Source: an uncultured Gemmatimonadales bacterium
GTDB lineage: Bacteria > Gemmatimonadota > Gemmatimonadetes > Gemmatimonadales > Gemmatimonadaceae
Direction: 5' to 3'
DNA length: 64,000 bases
Assembly: GCA_963793305.1 (NCBI GenBank)
Contig: CAWBZV010000003.1
Span: 1,280,001 to 1,344,000 of the forward strand
The notes beneath the pieces are model-generated. The model did no database searches. It was not told where the DNA came from and saw only the letters and a list, made by a program, of their open reading frames with translations. Every line of letters begins with the position of its first letter. Position 1 is the first letter of the stretch. Positions 38,949 through 49,373 of the stretch are shown here, piece by piece. Position numbers and translations under genes: made by a program.

Positions 38949-39667
38949 ATTGACGCGCTGAGTACCAGATAGACGGCGAGCTCGACGAGCTGGTTGGCCG
39001 CGCCGAGGCAGTCGCCCGTGACGCCGCCGAGTCGTCTCCTGAAATACGCGCCGGTCACTGTTGTCACGCCCAGGGCAACCAGCACCGGGATGAACGCTCG
39101 GCGCTGAAGCGCCAGCGCGCAAATTCCGAGCGCCAACACTGTGGCCATAACGAGTCGCAACGTCGTCACGCTGCCGGCGAACGGCGCGCCCTTCGTCCCC
39201 ACGTATTCATAGCGACCAAGGAGCCACACACTCGACCACCGCGCCAGCGTGTGGCCGGCGATCAGCGCCACGACAACGTCCACACGCGTCAGGGAGGCGA
39301 GCGACGCGAGCTTGAGGAGAATGCCCAGAATGAGCGCAACGACCCCGTAGGAGCCGACGCGGCTGTCTTTCATGATCTCGAGCACGCGCTCCGGCGTCGA
39401 TCCGCCGCCGAATCCGTCGGCCGCATCCGCCAGCGCGTCCTCGTGCAATGCACCGGTGACCAGAACCGTGGCGGTGAGCGAGAGGATCAGGGCGACGGGC
39501 GTCGGCCAGAAGATGCTGACGAGCCAGAATACGCCGGCGCCAACGCCGCCGACGAGCGCGCCGATCAGCGGGAAGTAGACCGTCGATGCGCCAAAGTCGC
39601 CCGGATCCAGCGGCCCCGCCCAGGGAACGCGCGTGAGAAACGTGACCGCGGCGCGAAGCGATCGCGT
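38945..39667 (-). CDS. cobS: Adenosylcobinamide-GDP ribazoletransferase (cobalamin synthase); canonical start missing
   Basis: FLTRVP, FPLIG, TGALHEDALADAADG, IMKDSRVGSYG, GGVTGDCLGA; ACG at the expected start. Confidence 0.92.
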   Translation of the reverse strand, partial: TRSLRAAVTFLTRVPWAGPLDPGDFGASTVYFPLIGALVGGVGAGVFWLVSIFWPTPVALILSLTATVLVTGALHEDALADAADGFGGGSTPERVLEIMKDSRVGSYGVVALILGILLKLASLASLTRVDVVVALIAGHTLARWSSVWLLGRYEYVGTKGAPFAGSVTTLRLVMATVLALGICALALQRRAFIPVLVALGVTTVTGAYFRRRLGGVTGDCLGAANQLVELAVYLVLSASI

Positions 39668-39668
39668 A

Positions 39669-40670
39669 CTATGCCTCGCGCGAGACGCTCGCCGAGGCGA
39701 ACGTCGCCATGTCGGTGAGCACCGCGGCGGCCGAGCGGAGCAGGGGAATGGCGAGCGCGGCGCCGGTGCCCTCGCCGAGCCGACACCGGAGGTCGAGCAT
39801 CGGAATGGCGCCGAGGGCCTCCAGTGCGACGCCGTGGCCCTGCTCGGCCGAGCGATGCGCCCAGAAGAGGTTCGTGCGAATGTTCGGATCGATCCGCACG
39901 GCGGCGAGCGTCGCGACGGTCGAGATGAAACCATCAGCCACGACGATCATCCCGTGCGCCGGCGCCTCGAGCGCCGCGCCGGCGATCGCCGCCAGCTCCA
40001 GGCCGCCCAGCGCGGCCAGTGTCGCCTTGGGATTGTCCGAAGCGTGCTTCGCTACCGCCTGCGCGACAACGTCCCGCTTATGCGCCAGGCGCTCGTCGTC
40101 GACACCTGTCCCGCGCCCGACGGTCTCTGACGCCGGCGCGCCAGTCAGGCCGCTCAGCAGCGCCGCGGCCGCGGTGGTGTTGCCGATGCCCATCTCGCCG
40201 AGCCCCACGGCCTGGACGCCTTCGCTGGAGGCCCGCCGGATGGCCTCGCGCCCGACGTTCATGGCCGCCGCGCATTCGTCGGCGGTCATGGCCGGCTCAT
40301 GGAGCATATTGCGCGAGCCCCGACGCACCGACGCGTGCACGATGCCATCGAGCGACGAGAGGTCGGCATTGACGCCCACGTCGATGACCTCGACCTCGAG
40401 GCCATTCGCTTTCGCGAGCACGTTGATCGCCGCGCCACCCCGCGCAAAGTTGCGCATCATTTCCGGCGTCACCTGGGGCGGATACGCGCTCACCCCTTCG
40501 GCCGCGACGCCGTGGTCGGCGCCGAACACCAGGACCCGAGCGCGGTCAATGCGGGGCGTGAGCGTGTTCTGGATGCACGCAAGCCGCACGGCCCAGGTCT
40601 CGAGTTCACCAAGGGAGCCGAGCGGCTTGGTTTTTTCGTCGATAGCGCGTTGCGCGGCGGCGGCGATCAT
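39669..40670 (-). CDS. cobT: Nicotinate-nucleotide-dimethylbenzimidazole phosphoribosyltransferase
   Basis: KTKPLGSLGELE, ADHGV..EGVSAYP, GEMGIGNTT, DGFIST, RLGEGTGA. Confidence 0.95.
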   Translation of the reverse strand: MIAAAAQRAIDEKTKPLGSLGELETWAVRLACIQNTLTPRIDRARVLVFGADHGVAAEGVSAYPPQVTPEMMRNFARGGAAINVLAKANGLEVEVIDVGVNADLSSLDGIVHASVRRGSRNMLHEPAMTADECAAAMNVGREAIRRASSEGVQAVGLGEMGIGNTTAAAALLSGLTGAPASETVGRGTGVDDERLAHKRDVVAQAVAKHASDNPKATLAALGGLELAAIAGAALEAPAHGMIVVADGFISTVATLAAVRIDPNIRTNLFWAHRSAEQGHGVALEALGAIPMLDLRCRLGEGTGAALAIPLLRSAAAVLTDMATFASASVSREA

Positions 40671-40680
40671 GCGCCGGAAT

Positions 40681-41010
40681 TTACTCGCCGACGAGTTGCG
40701 ACGCCTCCTCGACGACAATTTCCGGCTTGCCCCGGTACAGGACGATCTTCCCGGTGACCTTGGCCTTGTGCGACATGAGCTTATCGACGTCGGGGAACTT
40801 GCTGGCGTTCTTCTCGTCGATGTACGCCGTGAATGACTGATTCGGGTACGCCGCGCCAAAGTCGACGAAGATCGCGTGGAAGCGGGGCGCGTGCTTGACG
40901 TTAGCGACCGTTCCCTCGACCGTCGTCGTTTCACCAACGTGCTTGGCCGCCGAGTCGGCGCTCACCACGACGGTCTGCCACGCGATCACGGCGGCGATAA
41001 GCAACCTCAT
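40681..41010 (-). CDS. Small exported OB-fold protein
   Basis: Hydrophobic N-terminus; HVGETTTVEGTV...YPNQSFTAYI...VTGKIVLYRGKPEIVV. Confidence 0.72.
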   Translation of the reverse strand: MRLLIAAVIAWQTVVVSADSAAKHVGETTTVEGTVANVKHAPRFHAIFVDFGAAYPNQSFTAYIDEKNASKFPDVDKLMSHKAKVTGKIVLYRGKPEIVVEEASQLVGE

Positions 41011-42590
41011 TTGCCAGCGCCCTCGAGCTTGTAGCCCTTGACCGGCCACCCGCCACCGAGCGCGCGGTACAGGGCGATCACGCCAACGAGTCCTTGGCGC
41101 TCGGCCGCCGTCAGCGACACCTCGGCCGTGAACAGGCTGCGCTCGGCGTTCAGCACGTCGAGGTAGCTGGAGACGCCGGCCGCATAGCGGTCGTTGGCGA
41201 GCTGGAGCGCCCGACGTAGCGCGTTCACCTGCGTTTGCTGCGCGATCACCTGCTCGCGATCTGTGCGCACCTCGACGAGGGCGCCGTCCACTTCGCGGGT
41301 CGCGTCGAGCACTGTCCGCTCGTACAGGTAGCGCGCCTGCTCGCGCCTGGCCTGCGCCGCGTCCTGCGCGCTCTTGAGCGCCCCGCCGTGAAAGATCGGG
41401 ACTGACACGCCGAGGAATAACTGATAGGTCTGATTCCCAGCCTGATCGAATTTCCCAGGGCCCGGGAACTTGAACGCGGTGTGCGTCGTATCGAACGCTT
41501 CGAGGCCCCAGTTCCCGCTGATCGTGAATTTCGGCAACCGATCATCGAGCGCCGCGCCAACTCGCGCCGTCGCCGCGACGAGATTGTGCTCGGCCTGCCG
41601 CACATCCGGCCGGCGGTCGAGCAACGTCGACGGCACGCCGACGGGGACATCGACCTGTGCCAGCACCTCGTTCAGCGGCCGCCCGCGTGGAATCGGACCG
41701 GGATAGTGGCCGAGAAGAAACGCCACTGTGTCTTCCTGCTGCTGGACCTGGCGCTGGTAGTTCGCGACCTGGGCCGCCGGATCAGCGACGTTGGCCTCGA
41801 ACTGGCGTACATCGAGCTCGGAGATGACGCCGCGGTTGAACCGCTGGCGAGCGAGATCGAGGGTCTGCTGGTTCGACCGCAGGGTATTGCGCGAGATCTC
41901 GAGGTCGAGATCGAGCTCGCGCAGCCGCAGGTAGGCCGCCGTGACAGTGCTCACGAGGTCGAGCACGACCGCGCGCCGGCTGTCCTCTTGCGCCAGGAGG
42001 TCGTTCCGCGCGCCTTCGCGCGTCTGGCGCAAGCGCCCCCAGAAATCGAGCTCCCAATTCAACGTGCCCTGCACGAGCGCCACGCTGGACGACGGAATGG
42101 TGATGCCCGCGCCGAACGCCGGCTTGGCTTTGCCGGCCTGCGCGTTCGCGTCAATCTGCGGGAAAAACGATCCCGTGGACTGACCCAACAGCGCGCGATA
42201 CTCGTTGATGGTCGCGACGGCGACTCGGACGTCGCGATTCTCATTGACCGCGGTCGTCACGAGCTGCGTGAGGACTGTGTCCTGGAACAGGTCGAACCAG
42301 GAGATATTGGCCGCCGAGTCCGACAGCTTGTAGTTCAGGTTTGGAAAGTCAGCGGTGCGCCCACCGGCCGCCTCGCCAGCAGGTGGAGCTTTCATCGTGT
42401 CGCCGGGCAGATGGATCATCGAATCCCGGCTCGCGGCCAGCGAGTCGAACGTGGCCCGGGTCGAATCTTCACCCGCGCTCGCCGGCTGATACGTGGTCGT
42501 CGACGAGCCCACCTTGGGCCGATGATACGTCGGCCCAAGGGCGCACGCCGTGGCGAACAGATAAGGAACAAGCAGTGCAAGACGTTTCAT
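41007..42590 (-). CDS. RND efflux outer-membrane lipoprotein (NodT/OprM family)
   Basis: Lipobox ATAC, WFDLFQD, WELDFWG, LLDRRPDVRQAE, LYRALGGGW. Confidence 0.93.
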   Translation of the reverse strand: MKRLALLVPYLFATACALGPTYHRPKVGSSTTTYQPASAGEDSTRATFDSLAASRDSMIHLPGDTMKAPPAGEAAGGRTADFPNLNYKLSDSAANISWFDLFQDTVLTQLVTTAVNENRDVRVAVATINEYRALLGQSTGSFFPQIDANAQAGKAKPAFGAGITIPSSSVALVQGTLNWELDFWGRLRQTREGARNDLLAQEDSRRAVVLDLVSTVTAAYLRLRELDLDLEISRNTLRSNQQTLDLARQRFNRGVISELDVRQFEANVADPAAQVANYQRQVQQQEDTVAFLLGHYPGPIPRGRPLNEVLAQVDVPVGVPSTLLDRRPDVRQAEHNLVAATARVGAALDDRLPKFTISGNWGLEAFDTTHTAFKFPGPGKFDQAGNQTYQLFLGVSVPIFHGGALKSAQDAAQARREQARYLYERTVLDATREVDGALVEVRTDREQVIAQQTQVNALRRALQLANDRYAAGVSSYLDVLNAERSLFTAEVSLTAAERQGLVGVIALYRALGGGWPVKGYKLEGAGK

Positions 42591-42591
42591 A

Positions 42592-45500
42592 TCAGTCATC
42601 CCCGGTCGATGGGGCCGGGGCAAGTGCGGGCGAGGTGGCGGGCGCGCGGCGGCGGAAGACGCCTTCTTCACTGGCCGTGCGCACGATAACGAACAAGGTG
42701 GGAATGAAGACGACACCGAACAGCGTTTCGAGCAGCATACCGAAGCACACCCCGGTCCCCAGGGAGTGCCGACTGCCCGCGCCTGCTCCGGTCGCGAACA
42801 ACAGCGGCGCGACGCCGAGAATGAACGCGAACGAGGTCATGAGAATCGGACGCAGTCGCTCACGTCCGGCCTGGATGGCCGCTTCCTTAATAGAAAGGCC
42901 GGTTTCTCGGAGCTCGCGCGCGAACTCGACGATTAGAATTGCATTTTTCGCTTCGAGGCCGATCACGACGATCAGGCCGATACGAAAATAGATATCGTTC
43001 GCCATGCCACGGAGGTACACGGCGAGGAACGCGCCGAGCAATCCGAACGGCACACCGAGCATGACGGCGAGCGGCGTCGACCAACTCTCGTACTGCGCGG
43101 CGAGCACGAGGAACGCCATGCAGATACCGAGTCCAAGCACGAGCCCGACGCCGCGCCCGGTCGCCAGGGTCTCCTGGTATGACTGCCCGCTGAACGCATA
43201 GCCGACGCCTTTCGGCTCGAACTCGTTGCGCGCCAGTGTCGTCACGGCCTTGAGCAAGTCGCCCGAGCTGTGGCCGTTGTCCGGCGTGCCGATGACGAGG
43301 GCCGAGGTGAACCCATTGAACCGGTTCACGACCGTCGGGCCGGCGCGGAACGACGTGCGCGTCAGCGCCGAGATCGGGACCATGCCGCCGGACGCCGTGC
43401 GCACGTAGAGCTCGCCGATGTCCTCCGGCCTTCCGCGGAACTGCTGCTGCGCTTCGAGCTGTACGCGATAGGTGCGGCCGTACAGGTTGAAGTCGTTGAC
43501 GTAGTTGTTGGCCAACAACGAGGACAGCGTGCTGTACACGTCTTGGATCGGGATGCCCAGCGACTTGGTCTTGGCCCGGTCGACATCGACGTAGAGCTGT
43601 GGCACGTCGACACGGATCGTGCTCCGAATCCCCGTTCCGATCGTTTTTCCTTCCTTGTCCTTGAGCTGACTCGCCTCGGCCGTGAACTGGTTGACATACT
43701 GCGCGAACTTCCGGATATCGTTGACGTTCCGGTCCTGCAACTGCATCTCGAGGCCGGCGCTCGTGCCAATGCCGGGAATCTCCGGGAAGTTGAACCCGAA
43801 GACGAGCGCGTCTTTGATGGTGAAGAAGTACCCCATCGAACGCCCGATGACCGATTCGACGTCGTGGCCCTTCCCCTTCCGCGCCGGGTCATCCCAATCC
43901 TTCATGACGGCGAAGAGCGTCCCCGAGCTCGTCTGACTCGTGCCCAAAATGAGGCTGAAGCCGGTGAGCGAGAACGTGTGGTCGATCTCGGGTTGCGACA
44001 ACAAGAATTTCTCGACCTGACCCAGCGTCGCGCTCGTCCGCTGGGCCGACGCGCCGCCCGGCAGCTCGACGCCCACCACGAAGTACCCCTTGTCTTCCGG
44101 AGGCAGGAAGCCGGTCGGCGTATGGGCCGAGAAGTAATAGATGCCGACCAGGATCAATGCGACCATGCCGAGCACCGGCACCGGGTGGTCGACGAGCCGG
44201 TGCATGATGCCCACGTACCAGTCACGGAACCGGTCGAACGACCGGTTGAACCACCCGAAGAATCCCGACTTGGTCTGTTCCGCGGCCCCCACCGCGCGCT
44301 CGGTCAACAGCATCGAGCAGAGCGCGGGCGTCAGCGTCAACGCGACGACTCCCGACAGGATGACGGCAATGACCAGGGTGGTCGCGAACTGCTTGAACAG
44401 CTGACCCGTCACGCCACTCAGGAATGCGACCGGGACGAAGACGGAGCAGAGCACGAGCACGATCGCGATCAACGCGCCGGCCAGCTGTCGAATACCGCGG
44501 TCGGCCGCGACCTTCGCCGAGACGTGATCCTCCTCCATGATGCGCTCGACGTTCTCGATCACGACCATGGCGTCGTCGACGACGATGCCGATGGCCAAGA
44601 CCAGCGCAAACAGGGTCAACAGATTGATCGACATGCCCAGGAGGCCCATGCCGAGGAACGTCCCGATGAGCGAGACCGGCACCGCCAGCACCGGGATGAG
44701 CGTCGAGCGCCAGTTCTGCAGGAAGACGAACACGACGATCGTCACCAGAATGATCGCGAAGATCAGTGTCGTCTCGACTTCGGCGATAGAGGCGGTAATG
44801 AATGGCGTGGTGTCGTAGCCGAGGACCCAGTGGACGCCGGCTGGGAAGTTTCGCTCCAGCTCGTTCATCCGGTCCGTGACCGCCTTTTTCACGGCGAGGG
44901 CGTTGGCGCCGTTCCGCAGGTAGACGAGCATACCGCCGACCTGGTTGGTATGCGGGTTGCCTTGCGCGCCCGGGTTGATGCCGTAGCGGGTGAAGTTGTC
45001 ATAGCTCTGCGCGCCGAGCGTGACCGTCGCGACGTCGCCGACCTTGAGGACCGACCCATCGGGCCGCGCGCGAACAATGATGTCCGAGAACTCGCCCGGC
45101 GTCGTGAGACGCCCTTGGGCCGTCACCGGGATCGTGAACTGGTTGCCGAGCGCCGCCGGCTCGCGCCCGATGCGCCCCGCCGGGTTCGTGGTGTTCTGCT
45201 CTTGTATCGCGTTCACAATGTCGCTGACGGTCACGCCGAGCTGCGCCATCCGGCGCGGGTCGGCGCTCACGAGCATCGCGAACTGCAGGTTGCCGAACGT
45301 CTGCGCCTGGCCGACGCCCGGTACGCGCGAGATCTCGTCCTGCACGTAGATACGCGAGTAGTTCGACAGCGCCGCCGCATCCCAGCGCGGATCATCGGAC
45401 GTGAAGCCGACGGCCAGCAGGATATTCTGCTGCGCTTTTTGGACGGTGACGCCGACGCGCTGCACATCCTGCGGGAGCAACGGCTTCGCGATCTCGACGA

Positions 45501-45874
45501 CGTTCTGCACGTCGACCGCGGCCAGATCCTGGTCGCGTGAGATGTCGAAGAAGCAGTTGATCTGCAACGAGCCATCGCTCGCCGTCGACGTTCTGGTAGT
45601 ACAGGAGCCCGTTGAGTGACGGCAGCTGCTGCTCGATCGGCGCGGCCACGGCCGTCGCCACCTGCTCCGCCGTCGCTCCGATGTACTGGGTCACGATCTG
45701 GACGCTCGGCGGCGTGATGTTCGGATACGTATTCACCGGCAGGCTGCCGATGGAGAACGCCCCGAGCAACAAGATCACGATGGAGATCACCATCGCGAAG
45801 ATCGGACGTTTGACGAAGAAATACTGGACCTGCTGAACGTCCATCTCGTTTTCAGTGGGATCCGGCTTACTCAT
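42592..45874 (-). CDS. HAE1 RND efflux transporter (AcrB-like), frameshifted near 45592
   Basis: FFVKRPIFA..YPNITPP in the 45392..45874 frame; rest (GIVVDDAMVVIEN, AKNAILIVEF, RLRPILMTS) in the 42592..45567 frame. Confidence 0.92.
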
Positions 45875-47074
45875 TGGCTACGGCCCTCGCGGACGATCGG
45901 CACTGCCGGCGCCGCAATCGCGTCATCGTTGATCGGAACGTTCGTCGAGTCCTTCGCGGCCACGTAGGCCGTGGGGCTCACCCTCATCCCGGGGAAGAAG
46001 ATCTTCTGCTGGCCGTCGACGATCACTTGGTCGCCAGCCTTGAGGCCATCGTCGATCACCCACTGCGAGCCCTGCCAGCCGGCGGCCTGCACGGGCTTGA
46101 TGCCAGTCTTGTTGCTATCGCCGACGACATACACGTACTGGCCGGTGATGCCCTGCTGGACCGCGCGCTGCGGCACGAGGATGGCGCCAATGCGCTTGAA
46201 GTCGAGCATCTCGACGCGCACGAACTGCTGGGGCAGCAAAATGTGCCCAGGGTTTGGGAACGTCGCGCGCAACGTCTGGGTGCCAGTCGTCGAGTTGAGC
46301 GAGATGTCGGCGAAATTGACCAGGCCAGGCCGCGGGAAAACCGTCCCGTCGCTCAACATGACCCGCACTTGCAGCTGGCCGTTGGGCAGCGTGAGCCGCT
46401 TCTGCGCGACTTCGCGCCGCCACTCCAAGAACGTCCTGATCCGACGGACTGAACGTCACATAGATGGGATCGACCTGATCGAGCGTGGTGAGCGAATCGG
46501 TGCCGCTCGCGACCCGCGCGCCGAGCACCATCCACGCGATCCCCGCGCGGCCGCCGACTTGCGCGCGAACCTCGGTGTCGTCCAAGTCCTTCTTGGCGTT
46601 GTCGACCGCCCCCTTTGCCGCAATGACATCCGCGGAGTCCTGGTCAACCTGCGCCTTGGCGTTGTCGACATCCTGCTGCGCCACCGCGTGCTCGGCGAGC
46701 AACGGGAGGTTGCGATTGAGCGTGATCTTCGCGTTTACGAGGCGCGCCTTCGCATCCGCCAGCGTCCCAAGCGCGTTCTCGTACGCCGCCTTGTACTTCG
46801 TGGGGTCGATGCGAAAGAGCACCGCGCCCGCGGGCACATCGCTGCCCTCTTTGTAAGGCCGGTCGACGATGTAGCCGCTCACATTCGATCGTACCAGAAT
46901 GTGTTTCGATGCTTGTGCCTGGCCGACGTAGTTGTAATGTGCCGCGATCGTCTCGGGCTTGACCGTCAAGACCGACACCTGCGGAGGCGGCATCTGGAAC
47001 GGCTTCTGACCACCACTACACGCTGCCGCGATAACCGCGCACGCCACTATCCCAAAAAAACCCTTTCGCCGCAC
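45871..47074 (-). CDS. RND membrane fusion protein (AcrA-like), frameshifted near 46429
   Basis: Lipobox AAC, VRSNVSG, LFRIDP, DPIYVTF; continues with TGTQTLRATFPNP, LVPQRAV in the 45871..46428 frame. Confidence 0.9.
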
Positions 47075-47168
47075 ACTTCCTCCGATGCCCGGATTTCAAA
47101 CGATCGTTCGATGTGTTTCCGCTCGAATCCTGACAAGCGCGGCTGAGTTCCGCCAGTCGGGAACCGGA

Positions 47169-47531
47169 CTAAGGCGTTGCGACGCCCTGGAGCGCAAAGA
47201 AGTGGCCGCTCGTCGCCTTCTCACGGAGCGGTCGGATCGCGGTGTAAGCTGGTGAGTTATACCACTGTTGCAGCGCTTCCATGCTCGGAAATCGGACGAT
47301 GACAAATCGTCCCTTGGGTGCCGGCTGTGAGTCGAGTTCAACGACGGCGGATGACGCCCCCACGAGGACCGTGCCGCCGTAGTCCTGGATCGTCTTTCCC
47401 ACCGCTGCGCCGTACTGCTTGACCATTGCCGTATCGGAGACCGTTTCGGCGTTCGAGATGAGATACGCCGGCCGCGGCGCTTGGACGGCGCCAGAGAGCA
47501 TCGCGATGCTGAGTATGAGGATAGGTTTCAT
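47169..47531 (-). CDS. DUF1330 domain protein with signal peptide
   Basis: YGGTVLV...VIVRFPSMEALQQWYNSPAY. Confidence 0.8.
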   Translation of the reverse strand: MKPILILSIAMLSGAVQAPRPAYLISNAETVSDTAMVKQYGAAVGKTIQDYGGTVLVGASSAVVELDSQPAPKGRFVIVRFPSMEALQQWYNSPAYTAIRPLREKATSGHFFALQGVATP

Positions 47532-47670
47532 GCGCCGACGTTAGCCGACGCGCCGTCCGCGGATCAATCTGATTCCGATACATGGAGTCCGTCGCACGCC
47601 AGACGGTTCCCGCCATACGTCGAGCGGCCCCTCCGATTGCCGGGGCGTCGCCCGCTCCTCATGATTGGGC

Positions 47671-48642
47671 ATGCGGACCTCACGCGTGGTGGCGCTCGCG
47701 CTCGTCGTCGGCACGCTGTTCACCGCGCAGGCGATCTTGCTCGACCTCGCGGCCGGGCGAAAAGTCGATGTCGCGCAGCGCGTCGCGATCGCGCTGTTGT
47801 TCTGGGTCGTCTGGGCGTTCTTGACGCCCGTGGTGCTCGCGGCGCTCCGCCGCTGGCCCCGCTCGTTGGTCGTGCACTTGGGGCTCGCGCCAGTCTTGGC
47901 CGCCGCCCAGACATTGATCACGCTCTGTCTGAACTCGCTCTATGCGCACGCGCGGATCGCACCGCTCCTGCGCTCACCGGTGGTCATTTGGGGTGTGTTC
48001 ACCGGGGTGTTTTACTATGGATTGGTAGCGGTCCTGTACACCGCGCTGCGCTTTCGTAGCGAGCTGACGCGGGCCAAGCTCAACGTCCTGCGCTCGCAGC
48101 TCCGGCCGCATTTTCTCTTCAACACCCTGAACGCCATCTCTGGCCTCGTCGGCGAGGACACTGAAGCGCATCGCATGCTGCTGCGCCTTTCGACGTTGCT
48201 CCGGCGGAGCCTCGACGAGCAATCGCACGAGGTGACGCTTCAGCAAGAGCTCGCGTTCTTGAACGACTATCTCGACATCCAGCGCGTGCGATTCGGTGAT
48301 CGTCTCTCCGTCCAGCTCACCGTCGATCCGACGATTCTCAACGCCCAGGTTCCGGTGTTTCTGTTGCAGCCGTTGCTCGAAAACGCGATCGAATACGGGG
48401 GATCGAACGATGGCTGCACGACGATTGCCCTCAGTGCGAGCCGAGAGAACGAGACGCTACGAATCGTTCTCGAGGATCGGGGTCCGGGTATCTCGGCCAC
48501 ACGCGAAGGCATTGGCTTGGGCAACACCCGCGAGCGGTTATTGCATCTGTACGGCCCACGAGCGTCGGTGACCCTTGGGACAGCGGAGCGAGGCGCCCGC
48601 GTCGAGCTCCGCCTGCCGATCGATGAAAATTCTCGTCGTTGA
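47671..48642 (+). CDS. LytS/YehU-type sensor histidine kinase
   Basis: TM helices; LRSQLRPHFLFNTLNAI, LQPLLENAI, DRGPG, GIGLGN. Confidence 0.92.
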   Translation: MRTSRVVALALVVGTLFTAQAILLDLAAGRKVDVAQRVAIALLFWVVWAFLTPVVLAALRRWPRSLVVHLGLAPVLAAAQTLITLCLNSLYAHARIAPLLRSPVVIWGVFTGVFYYGLVAVLYTALRFRSELTRAKLNVLRSQLRPHFLFNTLNAISGLVGEDTEAHRMLLRLSTLLRRSLDEQSHEVTLQQELAFLNDYLDIQRVRFGDRLSVQLTVDPTILNAQVPVFLLQPLLENAIEYGGSNDGCTTIALSASRENETLRIVLEDRGPGISATREGIGLGNTRERLLHLYGPRASVTLGTAERGARVELRLPIDENSRR

Positions 48643-49351
48643 CGACGAGCCGCTGGCGCGGCAGGTGATCCGCCGTTCTCTCACGCGGATCCCCGGCATG
48701 TCGTGTGTGGGCGAGTGCGCGACGCGCGAAGAAGCGATCGCCGCCATCGTCCAGCAGCGTCCCGATGTGGTGCTGCTCGATATTCGCCTCGGCCGCGCGA
48801 GCGCGTTCGATATCATCGCGGAAATCGGCGCCGACGCGATGCCGCTGGTCATTTTCGTGACGGCATATGATCGGCACGCGATACAAGCATTCGAGGTCCA
48901 GGCGCTCGACTACGTGCTCAAGCCCGTCGACACGGCTCGACTCAACGAGGCGCTCCAGCGGGCGGCCGCCCAGTTGTCCCTCAAACGCGGGGTGGCCCCG
49001 GAGAACCCGCCGTCGCGAGAGGATCGGCTCATCGTCCGGGACGGCGAGCGGCTCGCTTTTCTGGACCCCGATCACGTCGAGTGGATCGAGAGCGCCGGCG
49101 ACTACGCGCGCGTGCACAGCGGCCCGGCCTCGTACTTGATGCGCAGCACCTTGGACCGCCTGGAGAGCCGACTCGCCAAAGGCGGCAACTTCATCCGGGT
49201 CCGTCGCTCGGCCTTGATCAACGTGCGTGCCGTCATGACGCTCGAGCGTTACGCCAAGGGCATGTTCGTCATCCATCTTCGCGGTGGCGCGAAGGTCATC
49301 TCGAGTCGCTATCACCAGAACGCGCTGCGCCGCCTCCTGGGAACTCAATAG
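48623..49351 (+). CDS. LytTR response regulator
   Basis: VDDEPLAR, LLDI, FVTAYD..AFEVQALDYVLKP, FIRVRRSALIN. Confidence 0.93.
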   Translation: MKILVVDDEPLARQVIRRSLTRIPGMSCVGECATREEAIAAIVQQRPDVVLLDIRLGRASAFDIIAEIGADAMPLVIFVTAYDRHAIQAFEVQALDYVLKPVDTARLNEALQRAAAQLSLKRGVAPENPPSREDRLIVRDGERLAFLDPDHVEWIESAGDYARVHSGPASYLMRSTLDRLESRLAKGGNFIRVRRSALINVRAVMTLERYAKGMFVIHLRGGAKVISSRYHQNALRRLLGTQ

Positions 49352-49373
49352 TCGAGACCGGTACTTTTACTCG

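Noticed and set aside
47532..47670. LytTR direct-repeat binding sites
   Set aside because: Only weak ~21-nt-spaced CCG(T/C)C similarities in GC-rich DNA; not supportable.
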